A stretch of DNA of 64,000 bases from Octopus bimaculoides (taxonomy: Eukaryota): assembly GCF_001194135.2 (NCBI RefSeq), contig NC_069005.1, positions 34,642,504 through 34,706,503 on the forward strand. The letters are read 5' to 3'. The notes beneath the pieces are model-generated. The model was not told where the DNA came from and did not search any database. It worked only from the letters and a program-made list of their open reading frames with translations. Below are positions 13,840 through 26,670 of the stretch, one piece after another; position 1 is the stretch's first letter, and the number at the start of each line of letters is the position of its first letter. Made by a program: the position numbers and the translations under genes.

Positions 13840-15020
13840 TCTTGTTTGAGCAATAGATGGGACACCATCGATGGTAGTTTGTCCTCGAGGCTTCATCAGT
13901 TTATTGAAAAAGTTATATCTAGCACGTTTATAATCCACAGGCAACATCTGGCTGCAGATAATCTAAGTGGTAGACCTAACAAATCAATGAGCACTGTTAT
14001 CATAGCAATAAATAAAATCAAGGCACATGCGCACAAATCCCCACTGTTTCTACTGCGCTGTTCTGAGAATAGTAACGATTATGAACGTCTGTTGTTGCCC
14101 ACAGAAGTCCGACGTCTGTCAAAAAAACTGCTGGAAAGTTTCTATTCCCTTTTTAAAAGCTGTTGAATTCTTGCAAGGCTGTTATTCTGTTCTCTGTGAT
14201 GAACCATGAAACATTGCTTATACGACAGATATATTCACAAAGTTCAATGAAGCTAATTTGCAACTGCAGGGAAATGAAGTTCAACCTTATCAAAGTAAAA
14301 CCAGCCGTCTCCCTGTTTCTGTCGAAGTTCATATTTTATTCAAATTTCACATAATCCGTTGTTCTTTCAGTTTCCGAGCCTCTCTGAATCGGAGAAGGGA
14401 AAGGGCATACCAGAAGATGGCATTTAAGTGTATTGTTCACTGCGCAGGGACATGTGATAGGTTTCAGGATATTTATTTTTGATTAAAATACCAGTCTGAG
14501 TGAGTCCAAGATATCAGCTATGAAGATACAAGAAATATGGCAGAAGAACTGGTTTCACTTTAAAATTACATTTAGCAGAGGTCAAAGTTCAAAGAAGTCA
14601 CGTCAGGATTTTTTATAGCAAAAGGACCTTTCTGACTGCTACCTTGCACTGTGGAACAAAGTCAAGATGTACTTTATAACCTTTCCAACGTCATGTTTTA
14701 TAGAGCAGAGCTTCAGTACAGTTGCCCATATTTTTTCTAAACAAAGAAAGAAACTGAGAATTATTGAACGCGACAGGGGCGGACTGAGCCGTCGGTCAAT
14801 CGGGCACTGCCTGAGGGCCCGGAGCTCTGAGGGATCCGGACTCTACATGTTAACTCTACTAAAACACACATTCAGAGGGGCCCGGTAAAGTTATGCCCGA
14901 AGGCCCTTAATACTCTCAGTCCACCCCTGGAACGCGGGGATCTAAGTCTACTTCTTAGTACCTTTCAGTCAGGTGTTGAGAGTCTGATGTCGCTACACAA
15001 TGCGCATGTCTATCACATTA
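13840..15020 (+). mobile_element. hAT (Buster/Charlie, ZBED5-like) transposase pseudogene remnant
   Basis: VIIAINKIKAHA...CSENSNDYERLLLPTEVRRLSK; FPTSCFIEQSFS...KQRKKLRIIERGDL (split by a MITE); multiple stops and frameshifts. Confidence 0.8.
14774..14929. mobile_element. hAT-type MITE, 156 bp
   Basis: 15-bp TIR CAGGGGCGGACTGAG / CTCAGTCCACCCCTG (1 mismatch); 8-bp TSD GAACGCGA / GAACGCGG. Confidence 0.88.
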
Positions 15021-15591
15021 AAAATGTGGAGACAACGTAATTGCAAGTTGGGTGTAAATTTAGTCTTTCATATTGTAAAGAGGACAAAATAATTGGTTAG
15101 GTTAAGTTTTATTTGTGAAATACTGTTATTTTGAATTTGCAGTTGAAAGAGGTCTATGTTTGTTGTTGTGAAGTAGTGGGGGGCACTAGGAGCATGATGT
15201 GGGTGCCAAGGCGGTGGCAATCCGAAAAGGCTTGGGAACTACTAGACTACATAGAGAAACATATGAGTTTAACAACATTATCTAGTTTTCATAAAGAGAT
15301 TAAAAATTGTGTTGACACGCTAAACGCACCCGTAAGTTTATCGTTAAATCTTATTGATCCTAGAGCTATGAAGTGCTTGTGGTGACACACGTGTGCATCT
15401 ATACCAATGCAAACATACATGCACACATGCATACATACGAAGACGGCAGGCAGACATTAAGTGACGTTACAGTTTCAACGTTCTGCAAATTCGGTCAATT
15501 CATGAGTGTTGCTGTTGTATTGTTGTTGTTATTGTTGTTGTTGTTGTCGTTTACGACATTGTTGTGGATGCTGTTGGTTGTTGGAGTTCTT

Positions 15592-15650
<59 letters not shown>

Positions 15651-15957
15651 TGATGATAATAATAATTACGATAATGTTAAAATTGATTTTGTGGACGAGT
15701 TAATGACTATAAGGTTCTTGATAGCATGCTTTTTGTATTGCTTTTGTTGTTATAGTAATGTTATTGTAAATGATGATCATGATGACGACAACAATGATCA
15801 TCATCATCATCACTGTCATCGTCTTCGTTGTCGTCGTCATGTTATTGCGCTTAGTTTATTTTCTTTCGCTTCCTGGTCGTTTACAAATAGCTATTTATGT
15901 TAATCGTAGCAGGATATGGTGGAGAGACGAGGAAAAGAATGTGAAATGATGTTACAT

Positions 15958-16051
<94 letters not shown>

Positions 16052-16527
16052 NNNNNNNNNNNNNNNNNNNNNNNNNNNNNNNNNNNNNNNNNNNNNNNNN
16101 NNNNNNNNNNNNNNNNNNNNNNNNNNNNNNNNNNNNNNNNNNNNNNNNNNNNNNNNNNNNNNNNNNNNNNNNNNNNNNNNNNNNNNNNNNNNNNNNNNNN
16201 NNNNNNNNNNNNNNNNNNNNNNNNNNNNNNNNNNNNNNNNNNNNNNNNNNNNNNNNNNNNNNNNNNNNNNNNNNNNNNNNNNNNNNNNNNNNNNNNNNNN
16301 NNNNNNNNNNNNNNNNNNNNNNNNNNNNNNNNNNNNNNNNNNNNNNNNNNNNNNNNNNNNNNNNNNNNNNNNNNNNNNNNNNNNNNNNNNNNNNNNNNNN
16401 NNNNNNNNNNNNNNNNNNNNNNNNNNNNNNNNNNNNNNNNNNNNNNNNNNNNNNNNNNNNNNNNNNNNNNNNNNNNNNNNNNNNNNNNNNNNNNNNNNNN
16501 NNNNNNNNNNNNNNNNNNNNNNNNNNN

Positions 16528-16590
<63 letters not shown>

Positions 16591-17266
16591 CGTGGTGAAA
16601 TTCGAGAGAAATGAGGGGATGTGTGTAATAGGCCTGGTAAATACAGGATTCCAAATTACGCAAGCTAATAAGATACCGCCTAGGAATTACCGCCGAAGCA
16701 ATAAATAGATACAGAAATAAAATGAAAAATCAAGAAAATTCCATCAGTCAGAGCAGACATTTGACACACAACGTTCAGGGTAGCGTTTGTGAAATTAGTA
16801 AATTTCGAATAGTTCATTTTCGCTGGTCGTTTAAAGTCACAGTTTGTTTGTTTGTTTTTTTGTTTTTTTTACGATTGCAAATCTCTAACATATTCTGACA
16901 TGATAAACATCTGTTGTTCGGTTCGGTCACAGTCACTTCTGAAATAACCACTTGAAATTGATGTTGCTGCACTTGTTTTAGCTTTTGATTTACTGAGTCA
17001 GTCGCTGACTTTCTTTCATTAAATCGTAGACAAAATGATTTACTTGGTTTAGTTTCGGTCCTCTGTGTAATGCGTTCAAACCTCGCCCAAGTTAACTTTA
17101 CTACATTTAAAGTATTAGCAGGACGCTCAGGGAAGGAAAGAATGGTGATTTTACGATTCGAGCAAAGCTCTTCTTCAGAAACAGAGGAAAATCCAATAGA
17201 AAAGGAAGACGGAGGGGAAAAATCACCAATGATTCACATGTGATTGATTACATTTTGAAAATGTAT

Positions 17267-17315
<49 letters not shown>

Positions 17316-17987
17316 NNNNNNNNNNNNNNNNNNNNNNNNNNNNNNNNNNNNNNNNNNNNNNNNNNNNNNNNNNNNNNNNNNNNNNNNNNNNNNNNNNNNN
17401 NNNNNNNNNNNNNNNNNNNNNNNNNNNNNNNNNNNNNNNNNNNNNNNNNNNNNNNNNNNNNNNNNNNNNNNNNNNNNNNNNNNNNNNNNNNNNNNNNNNN
17501 NNNNNNNNNNNNNNNNNNNNNNNNNNNNNNNNNNNNNNNNNNNNNNNNNNNNNNNNNNNNNNNNNNNNNNNNNNNNNNNNNNNNNNNNNNNNNNNNNNNN
17601 NNNNNNNNNNNNNNNNNNNNNNNNNNNNNNNNNNNNNNNNNNNNNNNNNNNNNNNNNNNNNNNNNNNNNNNNNNNNNNNNNNNNNNNNNNNNNNNNNNNN
17701 NNNNNNNNNNNNNNNNNNNNNNNNNNNNNNNNNNNNNNNNNNNNNNNNNNNNNNNNNNNNNNNNNNNNNNNNNNNNNNNNNNNNNNNNNNNNNNNNNNNN
17801 NNNNNNNNNNNNNNNNNNNNNNNNNNNNNNNNNNNNNNNNNNNNNNNNNNNNNNNNNNNNNNNNNNNNNNNNNNNNNNNNNNNNNNNNNNNNNNNNNNNN
17901 NNNNNNNNNNNNNNNNNNNNNNNNNNNNNNNNNNNNNNNNNNNNNNNNNNNNNNNNNNNNNNNNNNNNNNNNNNNNNNNNNNNNNNN

Positions 17988-18019
<32 letters not shown>

Positions 18020-18434
18020 ATTTCCTATTTCCTATAGGTTCGGGTCGACCCATACTTTGTGAGTGAAACTGTGTAGAAGGAATCTGTATAGCAGCCCATC
18101 GGCTGTAATTGCACAAGTACAGCCTTGTCACTCACTGTCACTCGCTGATTCTGCCTGAGAATTATGTTAAGGGTACACATGTCTGTGAGATACTCAGCCA
18201 TTTATGCCTTAATTCTGGAGCAGAGAATTCAACTGATCGAAAATTAAATCCTCATTGTTTAATGAAGGAGACCCACCACCGTCACCACCTCCACCACCAT
18301 GTACGTATAAGCATTCATTCTTCTTTATATAACCAATCAAATATATTTTAACATTACCTTTCTCAATTTCAGAGTCCCAAGTTCCATATCGCATACAGAT
18401 CACATCTACTGCTTTCTAAACTGCTGCGCAATTC

Positions 18435-19248
18435 ATGGATTACGGATTATCTAACCTCTTATATTGGATTATTTGTAAGTATCCTTAGCTATTCCTGGAT
18501 TTACAATTGTCTTCTTGATGTGAACCATAATGTTTTATGAGAATACGCAGAACATGTTCTGGCAGTATACAGAATATTCCTGGCGGTTGTGGAATCCTTG
18601 CTGAAACTAAAGCAACAATAAAAGAACACCAGTGCAATGACAGCCAACAGCAAGTTGTACCCTGAAGTTTCCCATAAGAACGGCAAGTTAAGATAATGGA
18701 GGGATGTGAACAAAGAAACGATAGGAAGAGCCAGTCTTCAAACTTAACAACTTTAACATACATAGAATGCAACAATGAAGAAATTCTGGGTCCAAACTCC
18801 ACACCATTATTCAAGTCTATCTTAAAAGTCGGACCAATTCCTAAAATATTTCAATAGAGATTATATACAGTTCATATAGTTTTATAAAGTTCCATCTACT
18901 GTTCAAGTAAATAATCATGAGCTTTATTTAGTTTTAAAAGATAAACAATTCTAGTGCATCATACCTAAAACAAGGGTACATTATAAACAAATTCTATATC
19001 TAAGATACTCTAACACATTACATCTTCAAACAACAACACATTATAAACATCTTTTATACGCTGATAATTCACTCTATTAAAACTTCAACAATTGTACATT
19101 ATTAACCAGGCCGAATTGGCATTCTGTTATATTTGCACCAAGTTCTATAAATATTGTCTTTTATAAACGTTGTCTAATTTAAACATATTGCTAAAATTTA
19201 TAAACAAGCACGATCGCGTGCGCGTGTGTGTGTACATATATGCGTATG

Positions 19249-19288
<40 letters not shown>

Positions 19289-19872
19289 GCGTGTGTATTT
19301 TGGAGTATAGTTGAAGGTGGAGGATGAATGGACATGTATGCGCTTATGCATACATTTATCTGTAGGCTCAACCGCTTAAGCTTGCAATTACTCTGTCATA
19401 TGTTCATGGGGACGATTATTATATTCTATGACGTCCTTACAATTAACAACTTTAACAACAGTGAGAACTATACCAGGTGGTACTAAGTTTAACAGATCAT
19501 GGAACGAAGTACACGGCGGCGCGATGGGGTTTCAGATACATAACACACACATACATATATATACGTGGCTGTGGTAAGAAGCTTGCTTACCAACCACATG
19601 CTTCCGGTGCAGTCCCACTGCGTGGCACCTTGGGCTAGTGTCTTCTACTATAGCCTCGGGCCGACCAAAGCCTTGCGAGTGGATTTGGTAGACGGAAACT
19701 GAAAAGAAGCCCGTCGTATATTACGTCCCCGTAACTTAGCGGCTTGGGAAAAGCGACCAATAAAATAAGTACTAGGCTTACAAAGAATAAGTCATGGGGT
19801 CGATTTGCTCGACTGGAGGCGGTGCTCCAGCATAACCACAGTCAAATGAGTGAAACAAGTAAAAAATAAATA

Positions 19873-19921
<49 letters not shown>

Positions 19922-22191
19922 AATACATACCCATATATATATAAAAAATTTTCTCCGTGTTTTTCTCCTTGTTTTCTCCGTATTCTTTCTGTTGAAGAGC
20001 GTAGCTCGAAACGTTAAAGACTTTCTGTATTCCCGAGCGTCAAACTAATACATCCTTTTGTTGTTCACACCACCTGTCCTCGTCTGTTGTTGTTGTTTTT
20101 TTCGTACATTCTCCCTATACATATTATTTATTTATTGATTTTGCAGTGTTGTCAGTAATAAAGTGTGAAGCAGTCGAAGATTGCATTCCAGTAATTAATG
20201 AGACGGATTTCAGGGTTCCAGTCAATCAGACAATTGTGGTGAGATGCCAACTGGGAACATGCCACTACAGATTTGAAGGTGTTACCTGGAAAAGACATGG
20301 CCGAAAGATAAACGATTACACAGAATCGTAAGTGACGTCATACCATTTTGTATTTCCGTCTTACGCATCCACATGTACGCTGTTGCTGCTGTTGTTGTGT
20401 GTTGGTGGAATATCTGTAGTCATTATAAACAAAGAAAGTCCACCCATGACCATCTCATCGTTTATTCAGAAACAGAATGCATAGGGCTTCCTTGTTTAAT
20501 ATTGTGTTCCTTTTTCCAGTTGGGAGAGTGAGATCCGAAGGATATTTGACTGCTATATTTTACAGATCGAGCGATATGCAAGTTTGTCTATCTGAATATA
20601 TGCGCATACGCGTTTGTGTTTGCATGTGCGTGCGTGTACATGAGTGTTCATGCGTGTGTAAGCACAAAATTTTAAACAGGGAACTTCTGCCCAAATTAGT
20701 GAACCTCCTCTGTTCGCCCCCCCCCCCCNNNNNNNNNNNNNNNCCCCCCTCATTCGCTTCGCCTGGACAGTATTCGCGATATTTTTGGATTCCTTATGGT
20801 CTTCGAGGAAAAGATTGAGAGTCAGGTGTATAACGCCTCCCTGCTCAGACCAGCCACTCGGTATGTCAGTTTGGTCCTCCGTTGTTCTTAGAAATGAATA
20901 TCAATGACTCTGTAGAATGCCAACATCACGTAACGATACCCAGCTACGAGTTTTCTTCCGAGTGCATCACATGATGCACTTTTGCCACAGCCTTTGTGAA
21001 AGTTTCAATGTCGGTTATGTAAATTTTATTGTTGATGTTGCTTCTGTTGTGTTGCTTGATTTGGAGCTAGCTCTGAGGCATCTTTGCAGTCCAAAATTTA
21101 GACAAAAATTATTTGAAATCTTCCTGAAAAAAGGGATCTTTCTACGAAGCTATTGTTTCTCTTCATTCTCTGATATACAGCTGATGGATTAGCAACCAAC
21201 TTGTTGTCAATGCTTACGTCATTGTTGTATCTCCCACGCCATCCCTGATAACAGAAATTTCTCCATCATTTTGACTTCATGTCCTGGTGTTATTAATTTC
21301 CCTCAGAATCTGTTGGGAGTGGTAGAATCTCTGAAGCATTTTTTTAAACATAGTATGTAGTTAGTGAATGAGTTGTGTGAATTATTATCTATCATATGAT
21401 AGCGTTTGAATTCCTGGTTCTGTTGCGTGGGTTGTTTACTTATTCAGGATGACCAGCGTTCAGTTAGTTTATTATCACGTACACCGCAGATGTCTCTGAA
21501 GTGTTTTTGTTCTTCTATTTATCACAATTATAGCTGAGGTATACTATCAGGTATTGACCAATATATATCCATCAAGTCATCTTCTCTGTCCATAATTATT
21601 GGGTGGGTGGGGGTACCTCGTCCATAGGTTAACTCTCATTAGAATTTCCGACTGGATTCCCAGGCGTCACCAACTAAGATTATGGATGTTATCCAGCCAT
21701 CTAGGCGTGACTGTCTGGTAAGAAGCTTCCTTCCCAACTGCATGGTTCCGAGTTCAGTCTCACTGCACGAGGAGGTACCCAGATGAAGCTGGAATTTTGC
21801 AATGTTATTTGTCTTACTTTTACATGTTTACACTTTTATTGCCTTCAAATTATTCTCCATTCCAAGCAATGCATCGGTCCAGACTCGTTTTCCACTATTC
21901 GATGCAGTGTTGGAACTCTTGCGAAGTGTTACCTTTTAACGCTTCCATCTCTCTTTCATTCATCCTCTTTCTTTTCGATTATTTCATCTTGTTAAACCGT
22001 TAATCCCTACACATGTTTTTTTCTCTCTCCGTTTTTTTCTCTCCCTCTCTATTTTTTTCCCTCTCAACCTTTTCTGTCGAAGAGCGTAGGCTCGAAGCAT
22101 CAAAGACTTTTCCATTCTTCCCGAGCGTCAAACTAATACACCTGCTTGTTGTCCCTTCACCTGTCTTTATCTTTTGCTTTCTATAAATTTG

Positions 22192-22267
<76 letters not shown>

Positions 22268-22990
22268 TGTGTTTATATTTTAGAATCAGTGAAATTCGAT
22301 ACCCAAACATGACTAAACTCCGTATTTTAAGAATGAACAAATCATATGAAGGCGAGTATGTTTGTTCGAGTGAGTATTCCAGAATATCCAGAAGTATATT
22401 TATCCATGTCAGCGGTAAGTCACTCGTAATAACCATAATTACTATTGTTATTAAGGCGGCGAGCTGACAGAATCGTTATCACAACGGGCAAAATGCTTTG
22501 CGGTATTTCGCCCGTCGCTACGTTCTGAGTTCAAATTTCGCCGAGGTCAACTTTACTCTATGTCTATTTAGATAAATTCCTATACTAAAAGTAAATTTAT
22601 TACCATTCACACACATATATACACACATATATATGTATATTTGGTCGCCTATTAGGCGATAGATACACAGTTCGAATGGGAGTCAGTGAAAGTATTTCTG
22701 TGTTTTATCCGAAATAGATATTCATAAAGTCTAATGTTTATTTTGTTTTTACAGAATCTTCCATAACAACAGAGCATCGAACTGGACCAACTTCACCATC
22801 AACTGGAACTGTAATGACAGAGACTACGTCATTCGACGAAATTTCCTCCTCAGATGAAAAACTAACTACATTCCCAACCACTTCTGGGGGTACTACTATC
22901 ACATCACAATGTAAAACATTTTGGCCACATGTCACACTTTTGTATACTATTCTCACACTATATTTCATAAATTGCGAACATTTCACGTAA
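18435..22990 (+). CDS. Single-Ig-domain cell-surface protein, 195 aa, 4 coding exons (18435-18474, 20147-20327, 22284-22414, 22755-22990): signal peptide, Ig domain, Ser/Thr stalk, hydrophobic C-terminus (putative GPI signal)
   Basis: Phases 1/2/1 join cleanly with gtaagt donors and polypyrimidine-AG acceptors. Protein: MDYGLSNLLYWIILLSVIKCEA...IVVRC...VTWKR...LRI...YEGEYVC...SSITTEHRTGPTSPST...FWPHVTLLYTILTLYFINCEHFT*. Ig C-W-YxC pattern and four NxS/T sequons. A splice acceptor at 18372 upstream of the ATG implies an unlocated 5'UTR exon. Confidence 0.8.
19565..19865 (+). mobile_element. CORE-type SINE (family B) with 3' tail segment
   Basis: GTGGCTGTGGTAAGAAGCTTGCT..GTGGCACCTTGGGC..GGAAACTGAAAAGAAGCCCGTCG..CAGTCAAATGAGTGAAACAAGTAAAA. 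Confidence 0.85.
19945..20125 (+). mobile_element. Penelope-like terminal repeat carrying a hammerhead-like motif; second copy ~22005-22190, partial reverse copy ~2676-2745
   Basis: Shared CTG(T)xGAAGAGCGTA(G)GCTCGAA...AAAGACTTT...CCCGAGCGTCAAACTAATACA. Confidence 0.6.
20830..21350 (-). mobile_element. Highly degenerate LINE ORF fragment (R4/Dong-like)
   Basis: Broken peptides NKLVANPSAVYQRMKR and FLSKFWTAK...ETFTKAVAKVH resemble the pre-RT region of RLE LINEs. Confidence 0.35.
22453..22558 (+). mobile_element. Family A SINE, 5' part
   Basis: AAGGCGGCGAGCTGACAGAATCG..GTTCTGAGTTCAAATT. Confidence 0.75.
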
Positions 22991-23916
22991 CATATTAAAA
23001 ATAACATTGTGAGCTGCATATATTTCACGTTGTATTTATAAAGTTACTAAATGGTCAAACTTTACATTCACTGCAGAGCTATGAACTGCATTCTTTGTAC
23101 AGAATGAAATTAAAATGTCCAGCTACAAGTTGTGCATATTTATATCAAATATGAGAATACAAAACCAATGAACTACATACATTTCATTGTCTGGTGGAAG
23201 CATATAAAGTATAAACAACAAACATTTCACATCATGATGAAAATATACGGAACAGAAACCACAAATTTTATCTTGTCTTGTTAGATTAAACCCTTCAAGA
23301 CCGAGCCCCAGCATGGCCATAGTCAAATGACTAGAACAAGCATTGTTAAAGTAGCTCTTATATTTTATAGGAATAACTCGATAAATCTAGGGGTAAGGTG
23401 ATTAAATTAGTGGTAACGCTATAATTTCAGGGTTAACACAATACATTTTAGAGGTAAATTTATGTATTTTAGGATAATGCGATAGATTTCAAGGTAATCC
23501 AATATGTTTTTAGGGGTAGCGAAATCCATTTCAAGGTGACCCAATACATTTAGCCAGTTAAACTAAAGTGTACCCGATAAATTTAATGCAATTCAATTTT
23601 TAGAAATGATTGACTAATTTATATACATATAAGACGAGAGATGTTGTGACGTATATCATGTTTTAATGACAGCACTAATGAATGAAGAGAAATCAAATTT
23701 ACAACTATAGAAATTATTTTATCGCTATTTTCTTTCTCGAATTTTATATTACATGTTTTTTAAATTTTATTTTTGAATAAATATTTTTCTTTCTTCATGT
23801 TACTTTTTCAAGATGAGAAATATAATTTAAAGCATTTTCATGTTCTTTCTCTCTCTTTTTTTTTTTTTTATAAAGAAATATAGAAAGTAATTTTTAATTC
23901 TATATACGCGTGGCTA

Positions 23917-24460
23917 TTACGTTCTGAGTTCAAATTCCGCCGAGGTCGATTTTGCCTTTCATGCTTTCAGGGTCGGTAAATTAAGTACCAGTTGCGTACT
24001 GGGTCAATCTAATCGACTGCCCCCGCTCCCAAAAATTTCTGGCCTTATGCCTAGAGTAGAAAAGAATATACACGTGGCTGTATGGTAAGAAGCTTGCTTC
24101 CCAACCACAAGGTTCCGGGTTCAGTTCCACTGCGTAGCACCTTGGTCAAGTGTCTTCCACTATATACTTAGGCCGACCAAAGCCTTGTGAGTGGATTCGG
24201 TAGACGGAAACTGAAAGAAGCCTGTCGTATGTATGTGTGTGAGTGTGTGTATCTTTGTGTCTGTGTTTGTCCTCCACTACCACTTGACAACCGGTGTTAG
24301 TGTGTTTACGTCCCCGTAATTATCAGTTCGGCAAAAGAAACCGATAGAATAAGTATCAGGCTTTGAAAAATATACTGGGGTCGTTTTGTTCGACTAAAAG
24401 ACCTTTCAAGGCAGTGCATCAGCATGCCCGCAGTCAAATGACTGAAACAAGTAAAAGAAA
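23917..24460 (+). mobile_element. Adjacent SINEs: 5'-truncated family A (23917-24067) followed by family B with tail (24070-24460)
   Basis: Same diagnostic motifs as the other copies. Confidence 0.85.
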
Positions 24461-25184
24461 AAGGATAGCCAAAATGGATATTGAATGGACGATCTGGCCA
24501 ATGTCCTGTTTCCGTCGACCATTATGTAATAGAACAGCTGATCATGTCAATAGCTGCACAGTGTTGAACGTGAACGGAAGATGGAGCCGTATGTCTGGTC
24601 AATAGCCAATATATCTGGTCAGGAACCAAATATATCGACGATGAATTGTAAAATGAGTTATGTCCGTGTTGACCATAGATTGAATTGCTTCACTGGTCAA
24701 TAACCGATTTGTATGGGTGTATGTATGTGTAACTGGACGGGCGGCTATGAGCTGCACTTTTAATATTAGGGCAAAGAATTCTTTAACACAATCTACAAAT
24801 GAATAAAATTCTGCGAAATTATTTCCACTTGAAATTAATTTTTATGATTACAATCTGAACAGAAATATCAGCTTTATCTCTGCACATCTGGATTCAATAA
24901 CAAACATATAAAATGATGTATGTTTCTTCAATTTATATATANNNNNNNNNNNNNNNNNNNNNNNNNNNNNNNNNNNNNNNNNNNNNNNNNNNNNNNNNNN
25001 NNNNNNNNNNNNNNNNNNNNNNNNNNNNNNNNNNNNNNNNNNNNNNNNNNNNNNNNNNNNNNNNNNNNNNNNNNNNNNNNNNNNNNNNNNNNNNNNNNNN
25101 NNNNNNNNNNNNNNNNNNNNNNNNNNNNNNNNNNNNNNNNNNNNNNNNNNNNNNNNNNNNNNNNNNNNNNNNNNNTTCATTTTT

Positions 25185-25541
25185 AAGGCGGCGAGCTGGC
25201 AGAAACATTGGCACGCCGGGCGAAATGCTTAGCGGTATTTCGTTTGCCGTTACGTTCTGAGTTCAAATTCCGCCGAGGCCGACTTTGCCTTTCATCCTTT
25301 CGGGGTCGGTAAATTAAGTACCAGTTGCGTACTGGGGTCGATCTAATCGACTTGCCCCCTCCCCAAAAATTTCAGGCCTTGTGCCTAGAGTAGAAAAGAA
25401 TATGCAAGTTCCGCCGAGGTCGACTTGGCCTTTCATCCTTTCGGGGTCGATAAATTAAGTACCAGTTGCATACTGGAGTCGAGCTAATCGACTGGCCCCC
25501 TCCCCCAAAATTTCGGGTCTTGTGCCTAGAGTAGAAAAGAA
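25185..25541 (+). mobile_element. Full-length family A SINE plus tandem partial copy (25408-25541)
   Basis: Near-consensus head, B-box, central domain and AGTAGAAAAGAAT tail. Confidence 0.9.
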
Positions 25542-26479
25542 TGTCTGTGAAAGAACTGTGGACGACACAGAGACAGAAGGGATCCGACATAACTGCAGTT
25601 CTGAGAAAGAAGAAATGGATTTGTCACAAATGGCTTCTTTGTTGGAAGGGCTTCAACGTTGAAGAAATTAAATGTTTCCATCACCACGATCAACAACAAC
25701 AACAGCAGCAGCACAGTTACTCTTGCCACTGCCACTTCTAGTATCACCACTACCCTCACCACTACCACCACAACAAGCGTTACCACCACCGCCACCACAT
25801 CCCCTGTCACGACCGCCTATAAATTTCAACTAATAACAGCAACAACAGCAGTAAGAACATCGACAGCTTTAACAAGGTTTATCTGTCTTCTGAACGACAA
25901 ACTTTAATGAATATCGTAAGAAATATTTAGATAAGTTTAATTATTTTTATCACGAATATCATTTTGTATATGAGGGACTATATTGTCGATTGTACCCCGC
26001 CACACACTTTTCTCGTCGGAGCTGGGCAAGTTATGGGGTGGGGGTGGATACAGCGAGGCTGTTGCAGCTATAGTGTTCTAAGTTCGTATCCCGCTGTTGC
26101 CATGGCAGGCTGTGATCCCAGAAAAACAATTGGAATACTTCAGGAAAAGAATTGCACAGGAACTTTCGGGATATATTTTCTGATTCAGAGATCGTCTGGT
26201 TCGCTATGTCAGATATCAGTAGCAAGACGGTGGAGTATGGCTAAATACTTTGATGTTTTTGAAGTGAGTAATAATGGTAATTATTATTATTTCTACTAAT
26301 TAGTTCCGTAAAAAGGAGACCCCCCCCCCCACCACCAACTATTATCTTACCCAAAAAGAAGACTATTTAACGGAAGATAACTTTTAACTATGTTTATTGG
26401 AGTTACTTCCCTTATGTCATTCGTTGTTGGGTTTTAGGTGTCTTTCAAAAGCTGATAGGCTGGCCGTAGGATTATTGGG

Positions 26480-26670
26480 CTGGCAGAATCGTTAGCACGC
26501 CGGGCAAAATGCTTAGCGATATTTCGTCTGCTGCAAATTCCACCGAGGTCGATTTTGCCTTTCATCCTTTTGGGATCGATAAATTAAGTACCAGTTACGC
26601 ACTGGGGTCGATGTAATCGACTTAATCCCTTTGTTTGTCCCCTCTATGTTTAGCCCCTTGTGGGCAGTAA
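26480..26670 (+). mobile_element. Family A SINE variant
   Basis: GCTGGCAGAATCGTTAGCACGCCGGG..GCCTTTCATCCTTTTGGGATCGATAAATTAAGTACCAG. Confidence 0.8.

Noticed and set aside
18485-18814. Overlapping minus-strand ORFs (109 aa and 70 aa) with a hydrophobic stretch in intron 1 of the Ig gene
   Set aside because: No recognisable motif or splice context; could be an old TE or viral fragment but is unsupported without a tBLASTx search.
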